A stretch of DNA of 64,000 nt from Nitrospirota bacterium (GCA_963721805.1 CAVRJY010000001.1:608001-672000), one strand, 5' to 3'. Counted from the stretch's first letter, positions 1 through 12,860 are shown. Translations and numbers: made by a program. Notes: generated by a model from the letters alone, not told the origin.

Positions 1-1
1 C

Positions 2-361
2 TCTCTGGGTGCCTTCCCGGATCTGACCCAGACGAACACTTCAGACAACGGCGCAGCCAACCTTGGCACGACCCTCGCGGACGACCATCCGGTTGACTTC
101 ACGTACCCGACTCTGAGGGCTGGTTCCGACACTGACGTCAACATCGTTGTTACCGGTGGTAAGGTTGACGGCGAGGCGGACGGAATCCAGGTTCTGTATC
201 CTCTCTTCGGCGGCACGATGCAGTGCGCCACCTGTCATGACGTTCACAACGGCAGCTCGCCGCACGTGGAGTTCATGAGGGGTCTCAATCCTGCTGACAT
301 GTCCGAGCAGGACGTTATCACCAGCTCCAAGATCTGCAGGGACTGCCACACCCACAAATAG
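2..361 (+). CDS. C-terminal part of a multiheme cytochrome c (partial, runs off the window)
   Basis: Frame 2 reads MQCATCHDVH...ICRDCHTHK-stop (TAG 359-361), giving two CxxCH heme motifs. Not in the ORF track. Confidence 0.75.
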   Translation, partial: SLGAFPDLTQTNTSDNGAANLGTTLADDHPVDFTYPTLRAGSDTDVNIVVTGGKVDGEADGIQVLYPLFGGTMQCATCHDVHNGSSPHVEFMRGLNPADMSEQDVITSSKICRDCHTHK

Positions 362-387
362 TGGTTACTGTTCGCAAGCGACTTGCC

Positions 388-417
388 GGGGGGGCCTGAA
401 AAGGCCCCCTCTTTTTT
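388..417 (+). terminator. Rho-independent terminator
   Basis: GGGGGCCT-GAAA-AGGCCCCC stem-loop followed by CTTTTTT, after the cytochrome stop. Confidence 0.75.
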
Positions 418-584
418 GGCGGCTGAATGTCGACGACTGTCCGCTGAATTAGCGGGACACGGCTGTCCCCCTGAATCTGCCCGTCAGGCCCCGGAGTGAG
501 AGGCGCCTTCCGCGCCTCGAATAGGGAGAGGTGCCCGTGGCACCCTTTGACAAAGAGTTTTCCTATTGATTAAGCTAAATGATT

Positions 585-1844
585 ATGCTAAAGAATACTG
601 AAGAAATAACCAAGACGAAGAAGCGCATCACGTTTGAGATCCCGGCCGAGGCATTTGAGGCCGAGTTCCAGAAGGCCGTGACCGAAATCAGGGCCAAGAC
701 GCGGCTGCCCGGCTTCAGGCCCGGCAAGGCCCCGCTTGCGATGATCGAGAAACGCTTCAGCAAAGAGATAGAGGGCGAGGTGATGGAGAAGGTCATCCCG
801 CGCTTTTACTCCGAGGCGCTCACAGAGGCTGGCATCACGCCTGTGACCGAGCCCGTGATCGAGGGCGGCATGGACTTCAAACGCAACAGCCCTATGACGA
901 TCACCTTCACGGTCGAGTTCCGGCCGGAGGTCGGGGACATATCCTTCGAGGGCATTACGGTAAGGCGGCTCTCGGCCGATGTGGACGAAAAGGACATCGA
1001 CGAGACGCTCGTACGCATCAGGGACGAGCGGGCGCAGTTCGAGCCCTCCGACGCCCCGGCCAGGGATAACGACCTTGTGCTGATCGACTACGACGAGCGC
1101 GAGGGCGGAGACTCCCACAAGGACGAGGCGTTCCGCGTCGGCGCCGAGACGATGCCGCTCGGGTTTTACGAGAAGATCAAGGGGCTCAAGAAGGGCGACA
1201 AGGCCACGGTCGAGGTGACATACCCGGCCGACCATCACACAAAGGAACTGGCCGGACAGACGCGCAGGGTTGACGTGACCGTAAAAGAGGTCAAGAGCCC
1301 GGTCATGCCTGAGCTGGACGACGAGTTCGCCAAGGACCTCGGTCTCGACAGCCTGGAGGCGCTCAGGCAGAAGGTGCGCGAGAGGCTCGGCGAGGCGCGC
1401 GAGAGGACCTCGCGCCGCGTGATGAAGGCCGAGGCGATGAAGAAGCTCCTCGATCTCCATACGTTCGAGGTGCCCGAGACGCTGGTCCAGCGCGAAATGG
1501 AGTCCCTGATCGACAACGCCCGGATGAGCGGCCGCAAGGACGACCCTATCGAGGCCCTGCGCGCCGATTTCAGCGGCCCGGCCGAGCGCAACGTCCGCGC
1601 ATCGATGCTCCTGCAGATCATAGGGGAGCGCGAGAAAGTCGAGGTCACGGAACCAGAGCTGCGGGAGCGGGTCATGGCCATAGCGTCCGAGATGAGGCTA
1701 TCGCCCGAGAACGTCATGAAGTACTATATATCCAGGGACGGCAACCTCGACGGCCTGCGCCACGGGGTTTTGGAAGACAAGGTCCTCGACCTGGTCATCG
1801 AGAAGGTCCAGCAGGTCGAGATGCAGGAGGAGACAACGGCATGA
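585..1844 (+). CDS. tig: Trigger factor
   Basis: PGFRPGKAP ribosome-binding motif, FKBP-like middle domain, tig-clpP-clpX synteny. Start at 579 or 585. Confidence 0.95.
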   Translation: MLKNTEEITKTKKRITFEIPAEAFEAEFQKAVTEIRAKTRLPGFRPGKAPLAMIEKRFSKEIEGEVMEKVIPRFYSEALTEAGITPVTEPVIEGGMDFKRNSPMTITFTVEFRPEVGDISFEGITVRRLSADVDEKDIDETLVRIRDERAQFEPSDAPARDNDLVLIDYDEREGGDSHKDEAFRVGAETMPLGFYEKIKGLKKGDKATVEVTYPADHHTKELAGQTRRVDVTVKEVKSPVMPELDDEFAKDLGLDSLEALRQKVRERLGEARERTSRRVMKAEAMKKLLDLHTFEVPETLVQREMESLIDNARMSGRKDDPIEALRADFSGPAERNVRASMLLQIIGEREKVEVTEPELRERVMAIASEMRLSPENVMKYYISRDGNLDGLRHGVLEDKVLDLVIEKVQQVEMQEETTA

Positions 1845-2434
1845 GCATTATCCCGTTCGTAATCGAACAGACCGGGCGCACCGAGCGCTCGTATGACATC
1901 TTCTCGCGCCTCCTTAAGGACCGCATCGTCTTCATCGGCACCGGCATAGACGACAACGTCGCCAACATAGTGATCGCGCAGCTCCTGTTCCTGCAGACCG
2001 AGGACCCGGAGAAGGACATCCACATATACGTCAACTCCCCCGGCGGGCTCGTCTCGGCCGGGCTGGCTATTTACGATACGATGCAGTTCGTCAAGCCCGA
2101 CATCTGCACCTACTGCATCGGGCAGGCCGCGAGCATGGGCGCGATACTGCTTATGGCCGGCACGAAGGGCAAGCGCTTCTCGCTCCCGAACTCGAAGGTC
2201 ATGATCCACCAGCCGATGGGCGGGTTCAAGGGCCAGGCCACCGAAATCGAGATACATGCAAAAGAGATACTGAAGACGCGTGACACAATTAACCGGATCA
2301 TCCAGCGCCACACGGGCCAGGACCTCTCGAAGATCGAGGTCGACACGGACCGCGACTACTTCATGACGGCCGAAGAGGCCAAGGCCTACGGATGTGTGGA
2401 CGAGGTCATATCGAACGTCAAGGACAAGGCCTAG
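1841..2434 (+). CDS. clpP: ATP-dependent Clp protease proteolytic subunit
   Basis: [25 protein letters not shown] and MIHQP motifs. Confidence 0.97.
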   Translation: MSIIPFVIEQTGRTERSYDIFSRLLKDRIVFIGTGIDDNVANIVIAQLLFLQTEDPEKDIHIYVNSPGGLVSAGLAIYDTMQFVKPDICTYCIGQAASMGAILLMAGTKGKRFSLPNSKVMIHQPMGGFKGQATEIEIHAKEILKTRDTINRIIQRHTGQDLSKIEVDTDRDYFMTAEEAKAYGCVDEVISNVKDKA

Positions 2435-2477
2435 GCCGCGCCCGCTAGGCACTTTCTTCGAAAGGATTTATATAGAA

Positions 2478-3713
2478 ATGGCGAAAAAGGAAGACCAGCA
2501 GTTTAAGTGCTCCTTTTGCGGACGGACGCAAGAGGACGTCAAGAAGCTCATAGCTGGCCCCTCGGTCTATATCTGCGACGAGTGCGTCGGCCTCTGCAAC
2601 GACATCATCGCCGATGAACTCCACGAGGAGATCAAGGGCGACGTCATACAGAAGCTCCCCGCTCCGAAGGAGATAAAGAAGTTTCTCGACGAGTACGTCA
2701 TCGGCCAGGAGCGCGCGAAGAAGATCCTCTCGGTCGCGGTCTATAACCACTTCAAGCGCATATACTCGCAAAACGACAGCGACAACATAGAGCTCCAGAA
2801 AAGCAACATCCTGCTCGTGGGCCCCACCGGCACCGGCAAGACCCTGCTCGCCCAGACGCTGGCGCGCATCCTTGACGTGCCGTTTACTATCGCGGACGCC
2901 ACGACGCTCACCGAGGCCGGATATGTCGGCGAGGACGTCGAGAACATCATCCTCAAGCTCCTGCAATCGGCAGAGTATGACGTCGAGCGCGCGCAGCGGG
3001 GGATCATCTACATAGACGAGATCGACAAGATCTCAAGAAAGTCCGACAATCCATCAATAACGCGTGACGTCTCGGGCGAGGGCGTGCAGCAGGCCCTGCT
3101 GAAGCTCATCGAGGGCACCGTGGCCAACATCCCGCCGCAGGGCGGCAGGAAACACCCGCAGCAGGAATACATCCAGATAAACACGACCAACATCCTATTT
3201 ATATGCGGCGGGGCGTTTACGGGGATGGAGGACGTCGTAGGGCAGCGCACGGGCAAGAAGGTCGTCGGGTTCGGCGCGGACCTGAAGGGCCGCAAGAACC
3301 GCAAGGCCAGCGAGCTGCTCTCGATGGTCGAGCCCCAGGACCTGATCAAGTACGGCATGATCCCGGAATTCGTCGGCAGGATGCCGGTCGTCGCCACACT
3401 CGACGACCTCGACGAGTCTCAGCTCGTGCAGATACTCAGCGAGCCCAAAAACGCGCTGGTCAAGCAGTACCAGAAGCTGTTCATGCTCGACAACGTGAGG
3501 CTCCGCTTCACCGAGGGCGCGCTCAGGTCCGTCGCCAAGAAGGCCTTGAAACGCAAGGGCGGCGCGCGCGGGCTCCGTGCGGTGTTAGAGGAGACGATGC
3601 TCGACGTGATGTACGAGATACCCTCTGACAAGAGCATCACCGAGTGCGTGATAGCCGAGGACGTGGTCGAGCGCGGCGAGACGCCGCTGCTCGTCAAGCG
3701 CCAGACGGCCTAG
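2478..3713 (+). CDS. clpX: Clp protease ATP-binding subunit ClpX
   Basis: CSFC...ICDEC zinc finger, GPTGTGKT Walker [18 protein letters not shown] at 2478. Confidence 0.97.
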   Translation: MAKKEDQQFKCSFCGRTQEDVKKLIAGPSVYICDECVGLCNDIIADELHEEIKGDVIQKLPAPKEIKKFLDEYVIGQERAKKILSVAVYNHFKRIYSQNDSDNIELQKSNILLVGPTGTGKTLLAQTLARILDVPFTIADATTLTEAGYVGEDVENIILKLLQSAEYDVERAQRGIIYIDEIDKISRKSDNPSITRDVSGEGVQQALLKLIEGTVANIPPQGGRKHPQQEYIQINTTNILFICGGAFTGMEDVVGQRTGKKVVGFGADLKGRKNRKASELLSMVEPQDLIKYGMIPEFVGRMPVVATLDDLDESQLVQILSEPKNALVKQYQKLFMLDNVRLRFTEGALRSVAKKALKRKGGARGLRAVLEETMLDVMYEIPSDKSITECVIAEDVVERGETPLLVKRQTA

Positions 3714-3733
3714 GGGGCCACGGCCCCTTTTTT
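3714..3733 (+). terminator. Rho-independent terminator after clpX
   Basis: GGGGCC-AC-GGCCCC followed by T6. Confidence 0.6.
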
Positions 3734-3890
3734 ATAACGGACGCGCTGCATATTAGCGCGGGGTGAACGGTAAAAGTATCGGCGCGGTCGGCTTATGTTA
3801 ACGGCTGGCCGCGCTGTTTTTCACCCATTGGGGGACACGGTCCCCTTTTTATACCGCATCATATTTCTTCATACTTGATGCCGTACCCTT

Positions 3891-3977
3891 GGAGGGGTGG
3901 CTGAGCGGTTTAAGGCGGCGGTCTTGAAAACCGTTGTAGGGGTGACCCTACCGTGGGTTCGAATCCCACCTCCTCCG
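3891..3977 (+). tRNA. tRNA-Ser (anticodon UGA)
   Basis: GGAGGGG...TCCTCC-G acceptor stem, GCGGT-CT-TGA-AA-ACCGT anticodon arm, long variable arm, GTTCGAATCCC T-arm. CCA is not encoded. Confidence 0.95.
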
Positions 3978-4020
3978 TATCCTCAAATCTTTGCCCGGCA
4001 AGGGTTTGCGCCTGAAACCA
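3959..4020 (+). repeat. Left att-like direct repeat
   Basis: TCGAATCCCACCTCCTCCGTATCCTCAAATCTTTGCCCGGCAAGGGTTTGCGC. Confidence 0.85.
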
Positions 4021-4151
4021 CCCCCAGAATCTCGTTCTGGAGCTATCTTCAAACGCACACGCATCAAGGATGCTTTTGGGGGAGATTGTGTGTATAAGAA
4101 AAGGGACCTTCCCTCTTGGGGAAAGGGGACCTATCTCCATTCATTGTTCCA

Positions 4152-4706
4152 CTATGAGTTAGAAAATGCCAACTCTTTTCCCTGTTCCATCCTGAACTGA
4201 TCCGGTGTCAGATTACCCAAGCAACTGTGTGGCCGCTCTTGGTTATATTCTATGCGCCACTCTTCAACAACCCGCCTTGCATGATCGAGGCTCAGAAACC
4301 AGTTCTGATTAAGGCACTCGTCACGCAGCTTGCCATTGAAGCTCTCCATGAAAGCATTGTCAACAGGCTTGCCTGGCCGTTTAAACTGTAGCTTAATCCA
4401 TCTCTCATAGGCCCAGGCATCAAGTGCATTGCTGATGAACTCCGGGCCATTATCAACCCTGATATGGTCTGGCAAGCCCCGCATAGCTCCTACACGGCTT
4501 AAGGCTTCTGCGACCCTCTGGCCTCCGATTGAAGTGTCCACCTCGATCCTGAGACATTCTCTCGTGTACGTATCAATGATTGGCAGCAAGCGTATACGCC
4601 TGCCGTTACTCAGGGCATCGCTGACAAAGTCCATCGACCATAACTCGTTGATGCGCAGAGCCTTCGGTTGCTCAACCCTTCCCTGAGGCCTCGTTTTCGC
4701 GTGCAC
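4152..4706 (-). pseudogene. IS3-family transposase OrfB remnant (integrase core only)
   Basis: WSMDFV, DNGPEF and ESFNGKLRDECLN DDE motifs. The N-terminus and OrfA are missing. Confidence 0.85.
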
Positions 4707-4964
4707 GGGGGATGAGTTTATCCCGGGAAAGGCTCAACGCGGTTTCGACGCTTCTGAGCAAGGAATACGGCATCCCCGAATCCGCCATTAGGGTCAGCGT
4801 AGGCAAAAATACAGTGAAGGAACCACAAGTCAAAATTTCCATCAGTATCCAGCACGGTGAAGTTTAACGAATTGTATTAATTGCGAGACGTGAAAGCTCT
4901 TATCCTCCTTGACCTTTCCCGCATGTTGCACTAAGATGAGGCTAAATCAAGGAGGTACTTCAAA

Positions 4965-5978
4965 ATGGCCAGTAATAATGAGGACCGGTATGAGAGGGCT
5001 ACGTTTGCCGGGGGATGCTTTTGGTGCATGGTGCCGCCGTTTGAGCACATCAACGGCGTTAAACAGATAATCACCGGGTATACGGGCGGCACAAAGGAGA
5101 ACCCCACCTACGATGAGGTTTCAGGCGGGGCTACAGGGCATTTTGAGGCCGTAGAGATTACCTTTGACCCCTCGCTGGTGACATACGAGAGACTGCTTGC
5201 GGTCTTCTGGCGGCAGATCGACCCCACCGACCCCGACGGTCAGTTCACGAACCGTGGGCCTCAGTATCGTACCGCGATTTTCTATCACTCGCCTGAGCAG
5301 AAAGCAATGGCCGAGCAATCAATGACCGCGCTTCAGCAATCAGGAAGGTTCCTCGACGAGATTGTCACCGAGATACTGCCAGCAGGGAAGTTTTATCCAG
5401 CCGAGGGTGTTCATCAGGGTTACCACAAGCAGAACAGGGCAAAGTATAAGGCCTACCGGCAGAACTCCGGACGTGATCTGTTCATCAGGCAGACGTGGGG
5501 TGCCGAGGCGCACCCGGAGCGTCCGCATAGAAAATGGATGGACGCTGTGAAGCCCTCGGACGGGGAACTCAAATCAAGGCTCACCGCCCTGCAATACGAG
5601 GTCACGCAGAAGAATGAGACAGAGCCTGCGTTCGACAACGAATACGCGGACAACAAGCGCGAGGGCATATACGTGGACATCGTCTCCGGGGAGCCGCTGT
5701 TCAGCTCTCTGGATAAGTATGATTCCGGCACCGGATGGCCGAGCTTCACCGAGGCGCTAGAATATAGCAACATCGTCCTGAGTGACGATTCAAGCTTCTT
5801 TAAGGACAGGACAGAGGTCAAGAGCGCTCATGCCGGATCTCACCTCGGTCACCTGTTCAAGGATGGTCCTGAGCCTACAGGCGACAGGTATTGCATGAAC
5901 TCCGCGGCCCTGAGGTTTGTATCAAAGGAAGACCTCGAAAAGGAAGGCTACGGGGAATATCTGGAGTTGTTTGAGTAA
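4965..5978 (+). CDS. msrAB: Bifunctional methionine sulfoxide reductase MsrA/MsrB
   Basis: GGCFWC (MsrA) plus GWPSF, HLGHLF and RYCMNS (MsrB). SD AGGAGG. Confidence 0.95.
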   Translation: MASNNEDRYERATFAGGCFWCMVPPFEHINGVKQIITGYTGGTKENPTYDEVSGGATGHFEAVEITFDPSLVTYERLLAVFWRQIDPTDPDGQFTNRGPQYRTAIFYHSPEQKAMAEQSMTALQQSGRFLDEIVTEILPAGKFYPAEGVHQGYHKQNRAKYKAYRQNSGRDLFIRQTWGAEAHPERPHRKWMDAVKPSDGELKSRLTALQYEVTQKNETEPAFDNEYADNKREGIYVDIVSGEPLFSSLDKYDSGTGWPSFTEALEYSNIVLSDDSSFFKDRTEVKSAHAGSHLGHLFKDGPEPTGDRYCMNSAALRFVSKEDLEKEGYGEYLELFE

Positions 5979-6131
5979 AGGGTCAACGCCAGGCGAATTA
6001 TCGAAAACACAAAAGCCGTCGAATCCTAGGTGCATCATACAAAGCCTGTATAAGCGGAGCCGGGCATATCATGATGATCTGGAGGATGCCTAATAAAACA
6101 ATACATCATCAGGTCAGATAAAGAGAGAACT

Positions 6132-7793
6132 ATGGGAATAAGCCCCCTTGCTGGGAAACATGCCGCCCCGGCGATGCTGGTAAATGTACCCAAACTTATC
6201 GCAGCCTATTATACCGGGGTGCCTGACCCTTCGGTGCCGTGGCAGAGGGTATCCTTTGGCACATCGGGACATCGCGGCTCGTCTTTTGATAACACTTTCA
6301 ACGAGTGGCACATCCTCGCCATCACACAGGCGATATGTCTGTACCGCAGGCAGCAGAAAATCGGCGGTCCGCTGTACTTGGGCATGGACACGCACGCGCT
6401 ATCAGTTCCGGCCCATGCAAGCGCGTTGGAGGTGCTGGCCGCCAACGGGGTCGAGGTCATGCTTTCAGAGGCAGATGAATACACCCCTACACCCGTCATA
6501 TCACATGCGATTCTCACATATAACCGGGGGCGCAAGACCTCTTTCGCCGACGGCATCGTGATAACGCCCTCGCACAACCCGCCCCAAGATGGGGGATTTA
6601 AATACAACCCTCCAAGCGGAGGGCCTGCGGAGAGCGCCGTCACAGCGTGGATCGAAGCGAAGGCGAACGAATTTCTCGAAAACGGTCTTCAAGGGGTTAA
6701 GAGGATTCCGGTGGAGCTTGCCCTTCGCGCAACCACTACGCACAGGCACGACTACCTCAACACTTACGTTGCTGACCTTGGCAATGTGATCGACATGGAC
6801 GTCATCCGCAGTGCTAAGATCAGCATTGGAGTCGATCCGCTGGGCGGTTCCGGGGTACACTACTGGGGGCCGATTGCCGAGCGCTATGGCCTCGACCTCA
6901 CTGTTGTCAACGATTCGGTTGATCCGACTTTCCGGTTTATGACGGTAGACTGGGACGGTCAGATCCGCATGGATCCCTCATCGCCTTATGTAATGAAGGG
7001 ATTGATCGACCTGAAGGATCGCTTCGATATCACCTGTGCCTGCGACGCTGACCACGACCGGCACGGGATCGTCACCAAAAGCGAAGGCCTTATGCCGCCG
7101 AACCATTACCTCTCAGTCGCGATCTCATATCTCTTCCCGCACCGGCCCGAGTGGCGCAAAGACGCAGCTGTCGGCAAGACCGTGGTGAGCAGCCAGATGA
7201 TCGACCGCGTAACGGCCAGGCTGGGACGGAGGCTTTACGAGGTGCCGGTCGGCTTTAAGTGGTTCGTCGACGGCCTGCTGGACGGCTCACTCGGCTTCGG
7301 CGGTGAAGAGAGCGCTGGAGCGTCGTTTGTCCGCCGCGATGGCAGCGTCTGGACGACCGACAAGGACGGGTTCATCCCGTCGTTGCTCGCTACAGAGATC
7401 ACGGCCCGTATGGGGCGCGATCCCGGCGAACTATACCGCGAACTAATCGGTGAGTTTGGTGAGCCGCAATACGACAGGGTCGAGGCCCCGGCCACGCGTG
7501 AGCAAAAGGCGATGCTCGGGCGGCTTTCACCCCAGCAGGTTAAGACCGCAGAGTTGGCTGGGGAGAAGATCTTGACCATACTCACCCATGCGCCGGGCAA
7601 CGGTGCGTCCATAGGCGGGCTGAAAGTAATCGCGGAAAGCGGATGGTTCGCGGCGCGTCCGTCAGGGACCGAGGACATCTACAAAATATATGCAGAGAGC
7701 TTTCTAGGCAAGGAGCATCTGCGCCTCATCCTGCAGGAAGCCCAAGCCATCGTCAACGATACCCTGGCTGCGCGCGATTCAGAGAAGCCATGA
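6132..7793 (+). CDS. pgm: Phosphoglucomutase (alpha-D-glucose-1,6-bisphosphate dependent)
   Basis: [20 protein letters not shown] and GEESAG motifs. Confidence 0.95.
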   Translation: MGISPLAGKHAAPAMLVNVPKLIAAYYTGVPDPSVPWQRVSFGTSGHRGSSFDNTFNEWHILAITQAICLYRRQQKIGGPLYLGMDTHALSVPAHASALEVLAANGVEVMLSEADEYTPTPVISHAILTYNRGRKTSFADGIVITPSHNPPQDGGFKYNPPSGGPAESAVTAWIEAKANEFLENGLQGVKRIPVELALRATTTHRHDYLNTYVADLGNVIDMDVIRSAKISIGVDPLGGSGVHYWGPIAERYGLDLTVVNDSVDPTFRFMTVDWDGQIRMDPSSPYVMKGLIDLKDRFDITCACDADHDRHGIVTKSEGLMPPNHYLSVAISYLFPHRPEWRKDAAVGKTVVSSQMIDRVTARLGRRLYEVPVGFKWFVDGLLDGSLGFGGEESAGASFVRRDGSVWTTDKDGFIPSLLATEITARMGRDPGELYRELIGEFGEPQYDRVEAPATREQKAMLGRLSPQQVKTAELAGEKILTILTHAPGNGASIGGLKVIAESGWFAARPSGTEDIYKIYAESFLGKEHLRLILQEAQAIVNDTLAARDSEKP

Positions 7794-10333
7794 ATGAACA
7801 ACCCCCTGTAATCAAAACAGTTCACAGCCTTTTGCCAACGGACATAAACGGTTTCGATTCTCTGGTCGAGCTGGCCCTGGATATGCGCTGGTCATGGAAT
7901 CACTCTACGGACGAAGTGTGGCGGACGCTCGATCCGAGGCTGTGGGAACTGACTCATCATCCATGGGATGTCCTTCAAACCGTTTCCCGGCAAAAGGTCC
8001 AGGACGTTCTGACCGATCCGGTCTTCCGAAAGAAGATAAATGATCTTGTACAGGCCAGGCGTCAGGCTGCGAAATCCCCTGCATGGTTTCAGCAGGACCA
8101 TCCCCAGTCACCGCTGAGCTGCATTGCATATTTCAGCATGGAATTCATGCTAAGCGAGGCGCTTCCGATCTATTCGGGGGGGCTTGGAAATGTGGCCGGA
8201 GATCAGCTCAAGGCCGCCAGCGATCTGGGCGTGCCTGTTATCGGCGTGGGGCTGCTCTACCAACAGGGCTATTTCAGGCAGGTGATTGATCGCGACGGGG
8301 CACAACAGGCCATTTATCCTTATAACGATCCCGGCCAATTACCCATAACGCCGTTGCGCCTGCCTGACGGCGAGTGGTTGCGGGTGGAGATCGCCCTGCC
8401 CGGCTACTCGGTCTGGCTGCGCGCATGGCAGGTCCAGGTCGGCAGGGTGAAGCTCTATCTTCTGGACAGCAATGACGTGGCGAACTTCCCCATTCATCGG
8501 GGGATTACCAGCGAGCTTTACGGCGCTGGGATTGAGTTGCGCCTCAAACAGGAGGTGGTGCTCGGGATCGGCGGGTGGCGGTTGCTCAACATGCTCGGCC
8601 TTAAGCCCGAGGTCTGTCATCTCAACGAAGGCCATGCGGCCTTTGCCGTGCTGGAGCGAGCCCACTCTTTCATGCAGGAGACGGGCCAGCCGTTCGATGT
8701 CGCACTTGCCGTTACGCGAGCGGGTAACCTCTTCACCACGCACACGGCAGTATCTGTTGGTTTTGACCGTTTTGCCCCGACCCTCATAGAGCAATACCTC
8801 GGCGGGTATGCCGAGCAGAAGCTTGGGATCAAGATCAATGACCTATTGGCGCTCGGCCGCCAGAACCCGAACGATCAGGCTGAGAGCTTCAACATGGCCT
8901 ATCTCGCGATTCACGGAAGCGGGTCGGTCAATGGCGTGAGCCAGTTGCACGGGAAGGTGAGCCGAAACCTCTTTTCGCCGCTCTTTCCGCACTGGCCCGA
9001 AGACGAAGTTCCCGTAGGCCACGTAACGAACGGGGTTCACATGCCGACCTGGGACTCCGCAGCGGCAGACGATCTTTGGACCGAGACCTGTGGAAAAGAC
9101 CGCTGGCTGGGGACAACTGAAAACTTGGAGCATGATATCCGCCGAGTCTCTGACGCTAGGCTCTGGCAGTTCCGCATCGACGCGAGCAGGGTTTTTGTGG
9201 ATTACGTCCGCGGACGGGTGAGCGCGCAACTGGCTTCCTCGGGTGCATCGTCCGCTGCCGTGGAAGAGGCAAGACATATGTTCGACCCCGACGCGCTGAC
9301 CTTGGGCTTTGCGCGCCGCTTCGCCACTTACAAGCGACCCAACATGCTGCTGCACGACCCTGAGCGTCTGCTTCGCCTTTTGACCAATCCTCAGCGCCCC
9401 GTCCAACTCGTCATCGCCGGTAAGGCACATCCGGCGGACCAATCAGGGCAGGATTTGATAAGACAGTGGACGCAGTTCATCAATCTGCCAGAGGTGCGCC
9501 CCCATGTGATCTTCCTCAGCGATTACAACATGCTTCTGAGCGAGTGCCTTGTGCAGGGCGTCGATGTCTGGATCAACACACCTCGACGTCCCTGGGAGGC
9601 CTGTGGCACCAGCGGTATGAAGGTGCTTGTAAACGGCGGCATAAACCTCTCGGAACTCGACGGCTGGTGGGCGGAGGCCTATTCGCCCGAGATCGGTTGG
9701 GCATTGGGAGACTTCCAGGAGCATGGCGACGATCCCGCATGGGACGCTGTCGAAGCCAACGCGCTCTATGATCTGCTCGAACGCGAGGTCGTGCCCGAAT
9801 ATTACACCCGCGATGCACAGGGCATCCCCACTGCATGGGTAGGCCGGATGCGGGAGAGCATGGCGCGGCTGACACCGCGCTTCTCGGCCAACCGCGCGGT
9901 GAGAGAATACACCGAACAACACTACCTCCCGGCTGCCGCGAACTATCTGAAGCGAGTTGAAAACAAAGGGGCCAAGGGCAGGCAGATGGTCGATTGGCGA
10001 TATGAAATAGAGCAAAAATGGGGTGCGATCAAGTTCGGCGAGACTAAGGTGGAGACCCGTGACGGGCTCCACGTATTCGAGGTCCGCCTTTCTCTCGGCG
10101 ACTTGGATCCAAAGGCGGTGCGCGTGGAGCTTTACTCTGATGGAACAAATGGAGGTCCGGCGATGCTGCAAGTGATGCGACAAGGACGACGGCTGGAAGA
10201 TGGAGGCTATATATACGGCTCGGATGTATCTGCAGACAGGCCAGCTGCGGATTACACGCCCAGGGTGATACCATGCCTCGACAGCAGCTTCGCGGTTCCC
10301 CTGGAAGAGGCCCACATTCTGTGGCAGCGCTAA
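7790..10333 (+). CDS. glgP: Alpha-glucan (glycogen/starch) phosphorylase
   Basis: [20 protein letters not shown] and EACGTSGMK (PLP site). ATG at 7790 overlaps the pgm stop. Confidence 0.93.
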   Translation: MNEQPPVIKTVHSLLPTDINGFDSLVELALDMRWSWNHSTDEVWRTLDPRLWELTHHPWDVLQTVSRQKVQDVLTDPVFRKKINDLVQARRQAAKSPAWFQQDHPQSPLSCIAYFSMEFMLSEALPIYSGGLGNVAGDQLKAASDLGVPVIGVGLLYQQGYFRQVIDRDGAQQAIYPYNDPGQLPITPLRLPDGEWLRVEIALPGYSVWLRAWQVQVGRVKLYLLDSNDVANFPIHRGITSELYGAGIELRLKQEVVLGIGGWRLLNMLGLKPEVCHLNEGHAAFAVLERAHSFMQETGQPFDVALAVTRAGNLFTTHTAVSVGFDRFAPTLIEQYLGGYAEQKLGIKINDLLALGRQNPNDQAESFNMAYLAIHGSGSVNGVSQLHGKVSRNLFSPLFPHWPEDEVPVGHVTNGVHMPTWDSAAADDLWTETCGKDRWLGTTENLEHDIRRVSDARLWQFRIDASRVFVDYVRGRVSAQLASSGASSAAVEEARHMFDPDALTLGFARRFATYKRPNMLLHDPERLLRLLTNPQRPVQLVIAGKAHPADQSGQDLIRQWTQFINLPEVRPHVIFLSDYNMLLSECLVQGVDVWINTPRRPWEACGTSGMKVLVNGGINLSELDGWWAEAYSPEIGWALGDFQEHGDDPAWDAVEANALYDLLEREVVPEYYTRDAQGIPTAWVGRMRESMARLTPRFSANRAVREYTEQHYLPAAANYLKRVENKGAKGRQMVDWRYEIEQKWGAIKFGETKVETRDGLHVFEVRLSLGDLDPKAVRVELYSDGTNGGPAMLQVMRQGRRLEDGGYIYGSDVSADRPAADYTPRVIPCLDSSFAVPLEEAHILWQR

Positions 10334-10343
10334 AGGAGACCAA

Positions 10344-12860
10344 ATGAAGCCCGATACCGATCAGCCCAAGGCGCCCAATTCCAAACCGGGAGCGAAGCCG
10401 GAAGCGACGCCCATTGCGGCGGACGATTTGAAGTCGATGCCCATGCCTGAAGTGCTCAAGAAACTGGGCTCGTCGTCTGACGGCCTCACGCAAGCCGAGG
10501 CAGCTAAGCGGCTGACCAAATACGGTCCTAACGAGATAGAGGAAAAGAGAGTCAATCCGTTCCTGAAATTCCTCTCCTATTTTTGGGGTCCGATCCCGTG
10601 GATGATCGAGGCTGCGGTGATCCTGTCGGCGGTGGACAAACATTGGCCGGACTTTGGCATCATCCTCCTATTGCTCGCGGCCAACGCCGTGGTTGGATTC
10701 TGGGAAGAACATCAGGCGGGCAACGCCATCGCCGCCTTGAAGGCAAAGCTGGCGATCAAGGCCCGGGTGAAGCGCGATGGAAAATGGGTCAACCCCGAGG
10801 CGCGCGAACTTGTTCCTGGCGACGTCATTCGTCTGCGACTGGGCGATATTGTACCGGCTGATGCGCGATTGCTCGAAGGTGACGAGGTTGAAGTGGACCA
10901 GTCCGCGCTTACCGGAGAGTCACTGCCCGCCGTGCGCAAGGCTGGCGAGGCGGTGTTTTCAGGCTCGATCATCCGTCAGGGCGAGATCGAAGCGCTCGTA
11001 TATGGCACGGGTTCAAATACCTACTTCGGCAAGACCGCGCAATTAGTGCAGGGGGCTCAAACCGCCAGCCACTTCCAGCGTGCTGTGTTGAAGATCGGCA
11101 ATTACCTGATCATCCTCGCGGTGGCGCTGGTGGCGATAATTATCGCGGTCGCGCTATTTCGTGGCGACCACCTCCTCACCACGCTTCAGTTTGCGCTGGT
11201 GCTGACCGTGGCTGCGATCCCTGTGGCGATGCCAACTGTCCTGTCGGTCACAATGGCAGTCGGTGCGCACCTGCTGGCCAAGAAAGAAGTCATCGTAACC
11301 CGGCTGGCGGCTATTGAGGAACTGGCGGGCGTGGACATACTGTGCGCGGACAAGACCGGCACCCTGACGCAGAACAAGCTGACGCTGGGCGATCCATTCA
11401 GCGTGGAGGGCATCGAACCCGAGCAGGTCATCCTGAGCGCCGCGCTTTGCTCGCGCGCGGAAAACAAAGACACCATCGACCTTGCCGTGCTAGGCGGCAT
11501 GAAGGACATTAAGGCACTAAAGGCATACGAGGTCACACACTTCCAGCCGTTCGACTCAGTGCATAAGCGCACCGAGGCCACCGTCAAGGGCAAGGACGGG
11601 GTGGAGTTCAAGGTGACCAAGGGCGCGCCGCAGGTGATTTTGGAACTCTCGGCTAATGCCGCGCAGGTGAAGGATGCAGTCGATAATGCGGTCAACGAGT
11701 TCGCAACGCGAGGTTTCCGCGCGCTCGGAGTGGCGCGCGCAGACGCGCAGGGTAAATGGCTTATTCTCGGAGTGTTGCCCCTGTTCGACCCGCCAAGGGA
11801 CGAGGCCAAAGAGACGATCTCGACCGCGCGGAAGATAGGCGTGAAAATCAAGATGCTAACGGGCGACGCGCTTGCCATCGCGCGCGAGACAGCCGAAAAA
11901 CTGGGACTTGGCGCGAATATCCTCGATGCCAGCGGCCTGGGCGACTCGAAGCAGCATGAAACGGCGGAGATGGGGGAGGCCATTGAGAAAGCGGACGGTT
12001 TCGCGCAGGTGTTCCCCGAGCACAAGTTCCATATCGTAGACGTCCTTCAGCAGCGCGGCCACATCGTCGGCATGACGGGTGACGGGGTCAATGACGCCCC
12101 GGCGCTGAAGAAAGCCGACTGCGGCATCGCGGTCTCGGGCGCTACGGACGCGGCGCGCGCAGCGGCATCCATCGTGCTGATGCCGCCCGGCCTGACGGTG
12201 ATAATCGACGCGATAAAGGAGAGCCGTAAAATTTTTCAGCGACTGAACAGTTACGCGATCTACCGCATCGGCGAGACCCTGCGCGTGCTGCTGTTCATGA
12301 CGCTGGCGATACTGGTATTCAACTTTTACCCATTGACGGCGGTGATGATCGTGATGCTGGCGCTTCTCAATGACGGGGCTGTACTGTCCATAGCATATGA
12401 CAATGTAGTATACAAGGACAAGCCCGAGGCATGGAACATGCGCATGGTGCTCGGGGTCTCGACGGTGCTGGGTGTCATCGGGGTCGTCTCCGCCTTTGGT
12501 CTGTTTTATCTCGGCGAGCGGGTCTTTCATCTCGACCGCGCACATATCCAGACGCTGATGTATTTAAAACTGTCCGTGGCTGGACATCTGACTATATTCC
12601 TGACGCGCACGCGCGGTCCGTTCTGGTCTAATCGTCCAGCGCTGATTTTGTTAGTAGCCGTGCTCGGCACTCAGACCGTGGCCACGATTATAGCGGTTTA
12701 CGGATTGTTTATGACTCCGATCGGATGGGGCTGGGCCGCGTTCGTATGGGGATATGCGCTGCTGTGGTTCCTCTTCAACGATCGAGTGAAATTGCTTGCG
12801 TATCGGGTGTTCGATCCAGTCCGAGACAAACCTAACCCCGAAGCCAATGGTCAGATTTGA
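10344..12860 (+). CDS. P-type IIIA (plasma-membrane type) H+-transporting ATPase
   Basis: WGPIPWMIE, TGES, IPVAMP, DKTGTLT, KGAPQ, TGDGVND and LLNDG motifs typical of PMA1-like pumps. Confidence 0.9.
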   Translation: MKPDTDQPKAPNSKPGAKPEATPIAADDLKSMPMPEVLKKLGSSSDGLTQAEAAKRLTKYGPNEIEEKRVNPFLKFLSYFWGPIPWMIEAAVILSAVDKHWPDFGIILLLLAANAVVGFWEEHQAGNAIAALKAKLAIKARVKRDGKWVNPEARELVPGDVIRLRLGDIVPADARLLEGDEVEVDQSALTGESLPAVRKAGEAVFSGSIIRQGEIEALVYGTGSNTYFGKTAQLVQGAQTASHFQRAVLKIGNYLIILAVALVAIIIAVALFRGDHLLTTLQFALVLTVAAIPVAMPTVLSVTMAVGAHLLAKKEVIVTRLAAIEELAGVDILCADKTGTLTQNKLTLGDPFSVEGIEPEQVILSAALCSRAENKDTIDLAVLGGMKDIKALKAYEVTHFQPFDSVHKRTEATVKGKDGVEFKVTKGAPQVILELSANAAQVKDAVDNAVNEFATRGFRALGVARADAQGKWLILGVLPLFDPPRDEAKETISTARKIGVKIKMLTGDALAIARETAEKLGLGANILDASGLGDSKQHETAEMGEAIEKADGFAQVFPEHKFHIVDVLQQRGHIVGMTGDGVNDAPALKKADCGIAVSGATDAARAAASIVLMPPGLTVIIDAIKESRKIFQRLNSYAIYRIGETLRVLLFMTLAILVFNFYPLTAVMIVMLALLNDGAVLSIAYDNVVYKDKPEAWNMRMVLGVSTVLGVIGVVSAFGLFYLGERVFHLDRAHIQTLMYLKLSVAGHLTIFLTRTRGPFWSNRPALILLVAVLGTQTVATIIAVYGLFMTPIGWGWAAFVWGYALLWFLFNDRVKLLAYRVFDPVRDKPNPEANGQI

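Noticed and set aside
2394..2477. Extended upstream starts from the ORF track for clpX (and likewise glgP, argF, rplM and glnA)
   Set aside because: They overlap upstream genes or regulatory DNA. The downstream ATGs match family N-termini or SD positions.
3761..3826. dif site suggested by TTATGTTAA in a hairpin upstream of the tRNA
   Set aside because: There is no matching XerC arm at the correct spacing. It is only a loop in a GC stem of unknown role.
3891..3977. tRNA with 'UGA' as a possible tRNA-Sec serving the dsrE UGA codon
   Set aside because: The anticodon is UGA, which reads UCA (Ser). tRNA-Sec needs anticodon UCA and a longer acceptor stem.
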